Assembly: GCF_036321535.1 (NCBI RefSeq)
Contig: NC_087437.1
Location: 24,678,001 to 24,742,000 of the forward strand
DNA: 64,000 nt
Direction: 5' to 3'
Source: Camelus dromedarius
Taxonomy: Eukaryota
Shown in pieces: positions 25,766-38,509 of this stretch; the first letter of the stretch is position 1, and each line of letters starts with the position of its first letter. The notes beneath the pieces were generated by a model. That model did no database searches. It was not told the origin of the DNA and was given only the letters and a program-made list of their open reading frames with translations. Made by a program: the position numbers and the translations under genes.

Positions 25766-26179
25766 CTGACCCAACTTTTATTACCCCTACTCCTTAGTCT
25801 TTGCTGCTATAAAAGAAGATACTGGTTTTTGTATGTTGGTCTGTAGTTACTTTTGCATTTTCCAGTTAGAAAATTATATCAGGCATGAATAATGACTATT
25901 TTCTTTTTAGTTCTCACACTTCTTATTTCTTCTTCTTGTCTTATTGTGTTAGCTAGGATCTCTAATGGAATGCTGCGTGTAACTGCAGTGCTACTTCTTC
26001 ACTTCAACATTAGACTTTCAGGTAACGTTTGTGTTTGTTGCCTCTGGTGCCAATGGTTAATTACCATATAAGTTGTGGTAATCTACTCTTTCTGCTTAGT
26101 TTAGATATTTTGCAAACAAAACATGGGACCACAAATCAAACTTTTCCTTCTGCCTATAACATCATGCCTCTGTCACATT

Positions 26180-26475
26180 CATTTTCCTAAATCCTACTCA
26201 TATTCACGACCCAGTCTATATGCTAACTTCTCCGTGAATCCTATGACTCTTCGGTCTGGAAGTAACATCTCTAGTCCCTTACCCATTAATGCTTCACCAG
26301 AATCTTTCTTATTTGTACTTTTACCTGCATTATGGGTTTTATACATATTTTATCATCTCTAGTCAGACCCTAGGATTTTTGAGGTCAGAATCAGCATCTG
26401 TTTTGTTTTCAACTTCTTTTCCGGCCAGTACTAGCAAAATTCATACTCAACAAATAGTAAATAAATAAATGCAAG
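26180..26475 (+). mobile_element. L2 3' region
   Basis: aatcctactcatattcacgacccagtc...tttgaggtcagaatcagcatctg...tactcaacaaatagtaaataaataaatg. Confidence 0.65.
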
Positions 26476-27969
26476 AATAGATAATATCTGGAACTGAATA
26501 TCAAAAATGTCCAATGCTTATTAGGGAAGAGGCACAGAAGCAGAAATGCATCTTTTGTGATAGCTTGCTATTATTTAAAAAAGTGTGTGGCTATGCGTAT
26601 ACACACATATAATTAATACTATGCAACAAAGTAAGAATTTGACTACCGCTGTGATTTCAGATTAACTCTTCTAGAACACGTGACAGAATGGAAAGATAGT
26701 ATAAGAGCACCCTCATGGGGACAATCAGGATACACAAGTAAATGTCATTCATCTCTATTTAAGACTAAGAAAATTTATCTATTCCACTTTATTCTCTCTA
26801 GTTGAATCCAGGCCATTTCAGGAAAAAATGCTCTTTGGAAAAATATCTTTCAAGAAGTAAGCTGACTCAAGTGTTTATAAATATGACATTTTGATATTTT
26901 CTCCTGTTTTTTGACAATTTTTTTTTTTGATTAGAGGAGCACACTATTAGAAAATACATGGTAATAATCCTTACCGTCATTCAGTCTTCGAGTTTTCCAT
27001 AGTTGCTTCATTCTATATGGATTTTGCCCCTTCAGAATCTGAGTTCTTAACATCTACATCAGGTGTCGTAGCAAATAATAAATGTCTGGCAAAAATGGTA
27101 GACTGTTTCATCTTTGAGAAGAAGTAGAACCCAAAGTTTTTATTCATGAGCCACACAGAAGCTTTATACAAAATAAAATATTCTAGATATGTAAATATAA
27201 AATGTCCTAAAAATAATTTCCCAAGTTCTTAATTTATGCCATCTCTGTTTTTCAGAACTTGATCTCAACTTTATTTCTCAAAATATATCTGCAGAGGTCT
27301 GCAGGTTTCTGCAGACCCGCATCTGGTCCTGGAGGCCAGGTTCCCAGTTTGCGCTGACTTTCAGGAGCTTCCTTCAGGCACACACCTGGAGGCAATCAGC
27401 TACAGATGCCATTCTGCCAGCAGATGTATGTGGGCAGGACAGCAGCACTTGACGCCACTAGAACAGCTGGGAGGAACGGAAAATGGATGTGTTCTGCTTT
27501 CCTTTGTGTCATATAAAACTCCCTCAGAGTACTCACACCTGGAACCCATTTTCCTTCTCTTCTGGCCTTGGCTTGTTTGGACGAGAAGAGAAGCTTGCCT
27601 TATCATCCTTCCAGGTTAAGAGGAAGTTTGTCCTTCCTTGACATCAGTCACCTTGGTTGAGACTGTTGCTCAGCAAGCATTCTTGTATTTCCCTAAAATA
27701 TTTTCTTTTCCAGGAAGTGAGCCTCTTGAAGGGTTTACCTCTGACTCTGTAATTACTCCACTGTATGGTGCCTAGTAGAAGTTTAAATGTGCAGAGGCAC
27801 TCATAAGTAATTATGATTTCCAATTTATATCTCAGGTGTAGCTGAAAACTTAATGTGTATAATTTTACTTGCCAATTAAAAAATATATCCTCAGATGTGG
27901 TTTCCTGATGAGATTTAGTGTGGAAAAAGTACTATCTAATGTGATAGCACACTTGAGAAACATATTAAA

Positions 27970-29070
27970 TTTTCTTAATTTAAGAATTTTAATTAAAGTA
28001 ATATATTGACCTGATGAAAAAAATCAAATAGTAAAGAACACATATTTGAAGAGGACGTGCTTTCTTTCCCACCCTTCCCTGCCTTCAGTCTCAGTCCCTA
28101 GAGGCAACAGTTTTAATTGCTTCTGTTTAAGTTCTTCTCTGACTTAGCTCTATTAATATCAAATAATGTGCAGATTCCTATAAGTCTTTGATTTGTCAAC
28201 TTAAGACGTATCAGTTGTCTTCCCGTGATGAGAGGTGAGAAGTAGCTCACACTAGCCCTGTCTTCCTTCTCTTCCTAGCCCAATTTTAGTACTTTTTAAA
28301 TTCTTCTAACCACTCCTCATAATGGTGTTTTCAGGACATATGTATTTGTTTTTCTTGGGTAAATACCTAGGAGTGGAATTCCAGGATCTTACAGTGAGTG
28401 TATGCTTACTTATTGTTATTTTTTTGCTTCTCTTGACTTTTTGCTCTTTTTAAATTAAGAGCTACAGTAAAATTGGCCTTCGTTATTGTACAGTACTGTG
28501 AGAGCCAACTGTATACAGTCATATAGCCATCATCATAATCAAGATATTGTTGCATTGCTTCCCCAAATTTTCTCATATCATGTTACAGTCAACCCTTGCC
28601 CCTACTGTGGTCCCTGACAGTTTCTTTCTGGTTACTGTTTTTGTGGTATTGTCTTTTCCAGAATGTCATATAAGTGGAATTTTACGTATGTAGCCTCTTA
28701 AGTTTGACTTCTTTCACACTGTATAATACCTTTGTGATTCATCCATGTTGTTGTATGTGTTAGTAGTTGTTTCCTTTTTTATTCCTGAGTAGTATTCCAT
28801 TGTAGGGATGTAGCACAGTTTGTTAATCTATCCAGCAATGGAAGGGTATTGGGTTGTTTCCCTTTTTGGTGATTGTGAATAGAGTTGCTATAAACATTCA
28901 TGTTCAGGTTTTTAAGTAAACATAGATTTTCATTTCATTTGCATAAATACTCAGGAGTGGCATCGCTAAGTCATGAGGTAAATATACACTTAACTTTGTA
29001 AGAAACCACCAAACTATTTTCCAAAGTGATTGTACCGTTTTGTATTTCCATGGCAATACAACAGAGTGCA
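27970..29070 (-). mobile_element. Composite old L1 3' ends (L1ME-like and L1MB/MC-like)
   Basis: tttcttgggtaaatacctaggagtggaatt; cttttccagaatgtcatataagtggaat...gattcatccatgttgttg...gagtagtattccattgta...ttttccaaagtgattgtacc. Confidence 0.85.
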
Positions 29071-30997
29071 CCCCAACTGGAGTCTTCATTTTTGAATTAG
29101 CCATAATACTTGATACCTAATGCTATTTTCACTGCTTCATTTAGTTTATGTCAATGGATCACAGTTCTTGCCTGGCTTCTAGTATAGGAACCTCTATTTA
29201 GCAGAATATCAGAGACAAGCCAGATCTTGAATTAGGAAAAAAAAAATTAAGTGATAGTTCTGCCATTTTCTAGCTCTCTGATCTTGCCTAAGCTCTTTGA
29301 AACTCAGTGTCATGAGTTTTAAAATTTAATGTAAAATTAAATAGTTGTAAAACTATTTGCAGATGTTATGACATGCTCCTTCCCCTTCCCTAGGCTCTGG
29401 GAAAGACAACAGTGCATACAGCGCAGCCTCTGTCTCAAGGAATCACGTAGGAGGTAGGGTATATGAAGCACCACGATGCAGATAAGAACCAGTTACTATG
29501 GCAGCATATTACAGGGTCAACTCATAGCACTGTGGGGAAGATTCAATTTAATATTGTTTCTAGGGGAACTGGCACAATGCCTAGCATGTAGGAGATACTA
29601 CCAATTGGCTCCAGTTTTAAGATCCTTCTTTGAAATTCCTTTTAGGGCTGCTGACACACATCTGAATGACTCATGATACAGTTGTGTACTTGGAGGGTGG
29701 ATTCAATTTTTAGAAGTGTCAGAAGTCATTTATTGGCCAGGCTTCGTAACTGAGGTAGAGATCTGGAAAGAAAATGCTTCCAAGTCAACGAAACTGAATT
29801 GTACTTACGTAACACTCCTAGACCTCAGATTTGAGGGGTAGGACCCATATGAATGCAGATATTCTGCATATCTGTCAAAATCAATCATCTTCCTGCCTTA
29901 TTCCTTGAAATTGGGGCTGTGCTGTGTTCACTGTTGTCTCCCCAGTGCCTTGGAATGTGACATACATTTAGCTGGTATGTGTTGAGTAGGAGAATATTCC
30001 GATTCTCATTGAAAAACTCATGACAAATGAGTTTCAAATGCATTAGGCAAAAATCAGAGAGGTAGGCAATGACAGAACCATCATTTTAAATTAAATATGT
30101 GGCTTTCTTTATTCAAAATCCAGTTTCTGTCTCTGATTTTCTGCCAGATAGGAGGTTCTTATACTGAGGAGCTGGGGAGGAGCTGTGGACTATCACCATG
30201 TCATATCGTGGTGAAGATAGAATTAGGAGCCCCGCTCAGTGGATTCAGAAGCAAAATTAAGTCTGACATGTATGATGATAACAGTTGGCATTTGCGATAA
30301 CTTTATGTGGCATTATGTGGCATTATATATTCATTAATTAGTCTACATAATACTTCATTATGTGAGTCTTCATTACTGAATTTTAAGTACCTCAGAAACA
30401 ACACGGTAGCAATTAAACTAAGCCACATGAATAAACAGACACAGTGCAGCATTCTATGAAGTCAAAGTGAACATTCATGTCCTTGGGAGTAAGAACTCAG
30501 AAATCATGCTTTTCTTCATACTGTAAAGAAAACTGTTCTTTTTCCCCTCCTCCAGGGCATCATTTCTCATGAAGCAGCTGGACAATTCAATGTAAAGGCC
30601 AAGTTAATTGATTTTTATATTTAAGTTAATTTTAGTTATGTAGTCAATTTTTAAAGTTTATTTCTGCCTTGAGGGAAATGAGTTATTCACAATTTTATTA
30701 TCCAACTTTTTTTCCCATATAATATTTCTATCCCTTGGCAGTGAAAAAAAGGTAGACTAAATTTTTTAAATACACATTTCTTAATTGTACTTTAACTTTC
30801 CAGGTTGGGAGTAAAATAAATCCAACCAAGTTAGATACTTACCTCAATATAAATAAGTAGAGAAAAGGCCAAAAAAAAAAAAAAGTGTGGAGAGTAGAAA
30901 TTGTATTTTAAACACTAATTTTTTAACAGAATATAGACTGGAAGTGAATCTTTCCTTCTCTATTTTCATAAGGAGGGTGAACAGGAGGCAAACTTTA

Positions 30998-31233
30998 TTA
31001 TTAAAAATTATTTTTATTTTTTTTTATTGAAGTATAGTCGGTTTACAATGTTATGTTAATTTCTACTGTACAGCATACTGTTTCAGTTATACATATATTC
31101 CTTTTCATATTCTTTTTCATTACAGGCTTTTACAAGAAATTGAGTATAGTTCCCTGTGCTATACAGTAGGACCTTGCTTATCTATTTTATAAATAGTAGT
31201 TAGTCTCCCAATTTATCCTTCCCTTCCCCCCTT
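30998..31233 (-). mobile_element. Young camelid-type L1 3' fragment
   Basis: ttattgaagtatagtcggtttacaatg...gttccctgtgctatacagtaggacc; 16-bp TSD caggag(g/a)caaacttta at 30982-30997 and 31234-31249. Confidence 0.93.
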
Positions 31234-32419
31234 CAGGAGACAAACTTTAAAATAGCATTTACTTTCTTTCAGAAAGAGATGTCTGCTAAAACAGGCATGT
31301 TCTCGTTAAAATGGGATTGTGGAAAGGGAGAAGACTATTCTACATGGTTTTTTCCCCCTGTAACAAAGAAGCCCCAGGAGGCAATTGAGCCCAAGGTTAG
31401 AGCCTTAAGGTACTGACACAGACAACAATGGCCGGCGAATGGGATTTTCCTCTCTGAATTCTGATTTTCTCAGGGCTTTCCAGAAGCCATATCTTTGGAA
31501 ACCTGGAGTAGCAGCTGAGAGTCTTGTTTTTCTTTCTGTCTGATGTAGGGAGAGGGAGGCCAATAACAGAAGCTGTGCAGGGTCTGCCCTAACAGGAAGC
31601 TGCCTTTTGTTTACTTCCTCAGATGAGGCAGAACCATGTTGAAACTGAAAACGGATGAAGTTAGTAGTTAAACAACCCTAACTATGAATAGTTGCTACCC
31701 TTTAAAAGGTGAACAATTCTAGGTATTGGTGAAGTAGAAGACATCCAGGAACTATCAGGACCTTGTTCAGAGTATGACTAGTCTGGTGTGATTTCACGTC
31801 TGGAAACAAGAGAAGATCTGCACTATGGAAGAGATAGTTTCCTTAGAAGTCCCCAGTGGTGCACATCGCGAGGTGCAGGGGAGCAGTGCTGACGGTGGCC
31901 CAGATGGCAGGGAAGTACTGTATCTCTTCTCGATGTCTCTGACTCCAGCTTGAGATAGATGAAAGATGTCAGTCTGGCTTTAGGGACTCTGTAAGTGTCA
32001 ATTTGGCCATTGCTATTACTCATGAAGCAAGAAGCACACACAAGAGATAGCTCTATGGCACTTGTGAAAGAAAATGTAGTTAAAAACCTCTATAGAAATA
32101 CTGATGGAGATGCCTTCAATTGTGAAATACTTAAAAAAAAAAAAGTTGAAACTAGAATCACACATTTCTTCTCTTTAAAAATTGCCTGTCAAGTTAGTGG
32201 TGAAGAAGTGTGACTGAAATAAGCTAATTTGTAAGTAACTGATTCAAAACAAAGTTTATAGGGCAACCAGATGCAACTCTGGTCTAGCCATATGTTTCAC
32301 TGGTATACAGTTGTGTTATTTTATTAAAGGCAGATTTGTGTGCCAATTCTGTAGAATTTTTTAAAAATTAAATTTCAGAATTCCCTAGATAAAATGTGTA
32401 TCAAAAATTCACTTTAAGA

Positions 32420-33130
32420 CTTCAAGAGAATAAATGCAGATGGGCAGTATACAGATGAAAAGATGATCAACTTTTCTATAAAAGGAAAAAAATCAAAATA
32501 GTAAAAAATGTTGACCATTAATTTAGAGGAAAAAACATTAAGATAGATATTTTAAAGACCTGGTATTAGCAACGATAAAGAAAATGTGCACTCTCCAGAG
32601 CTGCAGAATATATAAATTGGTGCAAAATTTTTGACAGTCTATATCAGAATTTAAATTTTGTACATACTTTGATCCAGCAAATTTGCTTGTTGAAATTTAT
32701 TCTCAAGAAATGACTGGATAAGTATAAAAGATGATTTAAATATTGGAATAGCAACATGGTAATTGGTGGCAAATAGCAAATATTCGTTCAGTGGTCAAAT
32801 AAATTGTGGTGTCTTCACATAACAGAAAACTGATTACCCAAAAGGATACTCTGTATTTATATTTATTGGCAAGAAAAGCTCTCTATAAAATGTTTTTGAG
32901 TGAACTGTGTAGACTAAAATGCAGCATTTAGATTAAGTCCATTAAAATTACACTTGCATATATTGAGGGATGTTGAATATCGTGTCCCCCCAGATGCTGA
33001 GTGAATCTTCCTTGGTAATGGAATTGCAGGTAATGTTTAACATCCTTTGTCATACTTTTCTGTTTGAACTGTATAATGGCATATATTTTAAAATCCAGAA
33101 AACCTACACCTGTTTTCATTTTGTAAAACA
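32420..33130 (+). mobile_element. Ancient L1 (L1ME-like) 3' region
   Basis: atataaattggtgcaaaatttttg...catactttgatccagcaaatttgcttgttgaaatttattctcaagaaat; heavily diverged. Confidence 0.65.
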
Positions 33131-34546
33131 AATCCTTCTTAAATGTTGGAGCTACATACACTTTATTTTCTATGGTAGTAAAGGTAAATTTCACCAAAGT
33201 TAAGACACCTTTTCATTTGCTCTCATTATATCTGTCCCTGCCTCCAGTTCCCCACCCCTAGTCCTCAGTGTCTCCATGGGAATGTTGATTAGGTAGGCTA
33301 TTTTATTTATAAAATTTCTATGGGATTAAAAAATTAATTCCAGCCCCCAAATGATACAAATAGCAAATTGCAAAGGCTGCTACCTGTATGATGTGTTTTC
33401 AGGTAATGATTTAAACAAGTAGTATTGTAGACAACACCAGATTTTTTGCAGGGTGGGAGGGGTTGCTTTAAGTCTGTGAAAATTAACTTATTGCTTTGTC
33501 TCATTTCCTAAAGTAACATTTATACATTAATGTTTTCATTACGACAACATCACCAGTAAAGATCTACTTGTATGCAAAGCAAAGGACTGTATTTTCAAAT
33601 TTGTTTACTCATTATTTTGGGATTTATTTTTGATAAACAAAAGGGTACATATTTCAAGTTGTTGAAGAATTTAGTTTTTGAAGGGCACTTATGGGCTAAC
33701 TAAAGTTACAAATAGAAGTTGTTTCTGATCAAATGCTCCTAGATTTAAAACAAGTTTATTGTCATATGGGTGGAATGATATAAAGAAATGTAAGGATGTA
33801 AGGACTTTCTAAATCAGTAATTCTTCTTATTGGCATGAATTAGCAAAAATAATTGATTTGTAAAAACTCAGTTGATTAATTGACATATAACTTGGATGAA
33901 ATGAATTAACGGAAGTTAAAATTGTTTGGGTCAGTCTCTTGTCTGACTAAAGAATGGGTTTCTTTTCACTACCTAGTCACTTTCAAAGAACAATCTATCC
34001 AGGCTCTTTTCTCTCTTTTTCTGTCCTTCTTCTTCCCTTCCTTCCTTCCTTTTTTTTTTTTTTTTTTTCCCTATCTGATAAAATAGCTTGCCATGGAAAC
34101 TTATGAAGGGTTTTACTTTATGTGCTATTTCCATAGGTCATAGATAACTTCTTCATAACATAAAGTAAAATATATTTCGGTATAATTTAGCAAAAGTAGG
34201 AAATAATATTAATCACCGAATCATCACCGCATATAAATTCCATGCTAAGTATATTTATCTTATTATCTGATAAAGTGAAGGGGAACTAGGAATCTGTACA
34301 ACTTTTATTAAGTAGACATTGAATTCATTCATGTATGGAATATTCATGTAAACTTTTGATTTCATTGTAGTTTCTTTGAAATGTAAAGGAAACGTTCTTG
34401 CTTCATTTGGAAACCTGTTCATTCTCAACTGAAGCTTGATTTTACTTGGAAACAAAGACTGAAGTTTTTGTGATAGAAATGTGATGATAATGACATGTTC
34501 CAAAACTCTTTAAAGTTGATCTATAACTGAAAAACTTAGACCATTG

Positions 34547-34790
34547 TACTATGTGAAGCCATGAGGTTTTCTGTCCAGAGGCCTTGGATGATATTCTTTG
34601 TGGTTTTCTTGACAATAGTAATTGAATTTTGGGGGAGAAATCAGGCTACCAGCAGAGCCATTTATACTTACTATTTGAAGCCAGTAGGTATTCTGTCTGG
34701 AGGCCTTGAGTGCTAGTCTTTGTGGTTTTCTTGACAAAAGTAATTGAACTTTTTGGAAAATATCAAGCTACCAGTAAAACTTATGATCTA
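34547..34790. repeat. Direct tandem duplication, 2 x 122 bp
   Basis: Copies start at 34547 and 34669 and share tctttgtggttttcttgacaa(t/a)agtaattgaa. By hand alignment, 11 mismatches in the first 80 positions. Confidence 0.92.
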
Positions 34791-34889
34791 CTTTTGTGCT
34801 CTTTTTTTTTTTTTTTTTCCCGTTGAATTTCCTGTTTAGTTTTAGAGACGACAAGGGTAGTAGTTATGCCTATCCAATAGTTTTATGTC

Positions 34890-35450
34890 TTCACATGTGT
34901 CTGGTTATCTTTGATTTTGTATTGGTCATTGCATTAGAATGCCTATTTGTAGAAAATATTTCTTGTTTATATCTTCCTCCAAAGAGGATTTTCTTTGCCT
35001 TTTCTTGGCATATGGGAGCACTAACAATCCATGAGCACCTTAATCTAAATTCAGAGTTTGATACATTCTGCAGTGCAGAAATGACTTGAAGCTAGGCAGC
35101 AATCCGTTGTAGAACTGGCTTACTTCAGATGCAATTCCTAGTGTACAGGTCTTTGAATCCAAGTCTAAGTGTCAAAATGCCTCCCCATTATGAACCCTGA
35201 ACTGTAACTATTGTCTGTAGTTCTAAATGTCACCAAAAGAGCAGCTTTCCTACCTTTCAGGATTGGCAAACACTTTACGAATGAAGACAGTTCGAGGGCC
35301 AGAATTATCTCTTTGAATCTTGAGCTAGTAATTCTTACTATATTGTTAGCTCTTCATACTTTTAAAAGATTTGAAAGATTTCTAAAATATGAGATCTAGT
35401 GTTTTAGTTATTTTTAGTGGGAAAGTGATTCCAAATTACCATTAATAGAA
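34890..35450 (-). mobile_element. Possible ancient L1/HAL1 5'-region remnant
   Basis: ctggttatctttgattttg...tcttcctccaaagaggattttctttgcc...gcactaacaatcc resembles old L1M 5' ends, with weak similarity to 40780-40930. Confidence 0.4.
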
Positions 35451-35739
35451 ACAAAGTCCTTTATTCCTTTTAAATGTAAGTATTCCATCCTGTAATTTCT
35501 CCTTGGGCTTTTTTCACTGTAAAATTATTGTTATGTATACATTGTTGGTAATATATATACTTTTATATAATAATTTGTGTATATATAACAATAATATGTA
35601 AACAATATATATACAACAATAATTATTATCTATAATCATATGTAAAGTTTTTTGGCCAACTGTCCTCTAACCTTAATAGAATAAAAATTAATGAGGTGCT
35701 AGCTACACAGTTTCATTTCCTGACTTGTATGCATGTGTG

Positions 35740-35925
35740 TGAACTTTGATGTCAGGCAGACTTACATTCAACTTGTGTTCACGATTTACTAGCAATGTTA
35801 TCTTGGGCTAGGTAGTATAACTAATCTCTCTGAACTTAAATGTCCTTGTGTACAAGATAAGAACTGCCTTACAGTTACTGAGATGTGGTGTATTATATGC
35901 AAAACATATACTTGCTTATGATAAG
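35740..35925 (+). mobile_element. MIR
   Basis: gtcaggcagactta...ttactagcaatgttatcttgggctagg...aatctctctgaacttaaatgtccttgtgtacaa. Confidence 0.65.
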
Positions 35926-38108
35926 ACTATAGGGAATTTCCTATTCTCTATCACTCATATTTAACTTATCTCTTGAAATGAAAGAGTTAAGTCTTCAAGA
36001 AACAAGCCCTTACAGGGCATTTTCTTCCCTCCAGTGATCTCTTGAGTTATTTTCAATGAGCCAATAACTTCCCCCTTAAAAATATATTTTCATTGTTATT
36101 ATTTTTCTTGCCGATTTTTTAGTATTATAGACATTAAAAATTTTGCTAATATGGTGTAGTAGAGATTTCAATTTCATTGAGATTTTAATTGGTGTTTCTA
36201 ATTTGATTGAATCCCTTTGCATATTTTTATTGTTCATTTGGATTTTTTCTTCTGAGGAGTTCCTGGTTTCTCTTGCTCATTTAAAAAAAATGTGTCATTA
36301 ATCTCTTTCTTATTTCTATGTGGGATTTAGGCCTTTTCCTCTTAACATCTCCTCTTAATCTGAAGGTTTTTTTTCACTGTCGTAATGGTATTTTTGGGTG
36401 AGCAGAAATTATTCATTTTAATGAATTCAAATATATTAATCTTGTTCTTTATCACTAATGCTTTGTGTGTTTTGTTTAAGAGATTGTTTCCTACCTTGAG
36501 GTCAGAAGAGATTGTCTGACATTATCTTTCAAACATCTTTTAATTTTGTTTTCAACTTTAGATCTTTAACAAATTTGGAATTTATTTTTGTGTATGGCAT
36601 GATTCATGGGTTTCACTTTTTTTCTAATGTGGATATCCAATTTTCCTGCCACTGTTTATTCACAGGACCTCTGTTGGTAAGTAGAGGAGTAAAAATGTGG
36701 TAACCTCTGGCACGTATCAAATATTTATATATTCATAATTCTATTCTGAGATTTTTGTCCTATTCCACTTTTCTATTTGCCAATCCCAGTATAAATACAA
36801 CACAATTCTAAATACTCTAGTTTATTATAAATACTGATACCTAGTAGAGCAAATTCCCACAACTTGTTCTTCAAGTGTGTAATGGTTATTTCTTGCCCTT
36901 TGCATTTTCATATAAATTTTAGAATGAATTTCTCCTGGTCCACCAAAAATAAAACTAAACAATGTTTATTGGAATTTCAGTTGGAACTTCATTTAAGCTA
37001 TAAATAAACTAGGAAAGAACTGTCACCTTTACAATACCTAGTCTTCCAATCCCTGAACATTCTATAAACTACTTATTCCGTAGGGTTTTTAGGCTGAGCA
37101 AATGCTGGTAACAGAGCAACTCATAAAATGTCTCATATACATGTTAGATCATCATCATCATTATTAGAAGGAACATTTTATGGTATATCACTCTATTTAT
37201 TGAGGCTTTCTTTATTGTTTCTCAAAAAGTTTGATAATTTTATTATAATTTTCTCTATAGAGGTTTCACACAACTTGTATTTGATTTATTCCTAGATAGC
37301 TGATATTTTAAATTCTGTTTTAAATGGAATTGTATATATCTTATTCTATATCCACTTGTTGCTGGTATATAAAAATTAAATTGATATCTACATATTGATT
37401 TCAACCTGACAACCTAAATTTTTAAATTAATTCTGTTAATTAACCTAGAATATTTTGGGTTTTCTATACACTTAATTTTATCGTTTGTTAACAATGACAA
37501 TTTGGTTTTTTCCCTTACAAGACTGACCTCACTATTTTCTTTCCTTTTTTATACTGTGGAATAGGGTCTCCTTTAAAATACTGAATAGATACTCTGACAG
37601 TAGACATTTTAACCTTTTTCTTCAACTCAAAGGGAAAGATTTCAAAGCTTCACCATTTAATAAAATGTTCACAATAGATTTTTTTTTATAAGTATCCCTT
37701 ATCAGGTTAAGAGCTTTCACTTCTGTTCCTAGTGTGGCACAAATTCTTATCATCAATGGAGTTTAAATTTTATCAGTGCTTTCTCTACATCTATTGAGCT
37801 AACAATATGTTTATCTCCTTTCATTTGTTGATGTAGTGGTGAATTCCATTAATTGATTTTTTTTTAAACATTAAGGCAACATTTCATTACGAAATAAAAT
37901 CAAGTTGGTCATAATGTTCTATCCTCTTTGTCTATTAATGAATTTGGCTTAATAACCTATACACTTTTTTATATTCAAAGTAAGATTTGAAATTGGCTTG
38001 TAATTTTCCTTTATCATGCTGTCCTTCAGGTTTGCTATCAAGTTGAATATAAGATGAGTTGAGATATAATGTGTTTCTCTGTTCTCTGAAAGAATTTGTG
38101 TAAGCCGG

Positions 38109-38509
38109 TGTCTTAGTCTGCTTGAGCTGCCATGACAAAACAATAGACTGGTTGGCTTAAACAACAGAAATTTATTTTCTCACAGTTCTTGAGGCTGGAC
38201 ATCTGAGATTGGGGGCAGTGTGGCTGGAGTAGGATAAGGACTCTCTTCTGGCTGGCAAATGGCCACATTCTACTGTGTCCTCACATCAGATTGAGTGAGA
38301 GATTGAGAGAGAGAGAAGCATGAGTTCTCTGGTGAATGAAAAAGCTCATCATAATCCAGAATATATACAGACACATCATTAGGGCCCCGCCCTCATGACC
38401 TCATCTACACCTAATTACTTCTCAAAGGTCCCATCTCTCAATACTATCACGTTGGGGGGTTAGGGCATCAACGTATAAAATTTGAGGGGACACAACTCCA
38501 TCCACGGCA
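38109..38509 (-). mobile_element. MLT1A-like solo LTR (ERVL-MaLR)
   Basis: tgtcttagtctgcttgagctgccatgacaaaa...ggcttaaacaacagaaatttattttctcacagttc...gccccgccctcatgacctcatct...ggggacacaac; TG...CA ends; inserted in L1. Confidence 0.9.

Larger units (their letters stand above)
23925..26030 (-). mobile_element. Ancient L1 (L1ME/L1MC-like) 3' end and ORF2 remnants with nested insertions
   Basis: tatctcattgttattttaatttacatttgtatttctctgacttctagtgagattgagca; ttttcatgtgaattttagggtaagc...ggtattttgattagatttgcactgaatccata; tcttattgtgttagctaggatctc. Confidence 0.8.

Noticed and set aside
27288..27317. Triple CTGCAG with a 9-bp hairpin as a miRNA or structured RNA
   Set aside because: The stem is far too short for a pre-miRNA and nothing else supports it.
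34547..34790. CRISPR-like repeat-spacer array
   Set aside because: There are only two units, the intervening sequences are homologous rather than unique spacers, and the context is mammalian with no cas genes.
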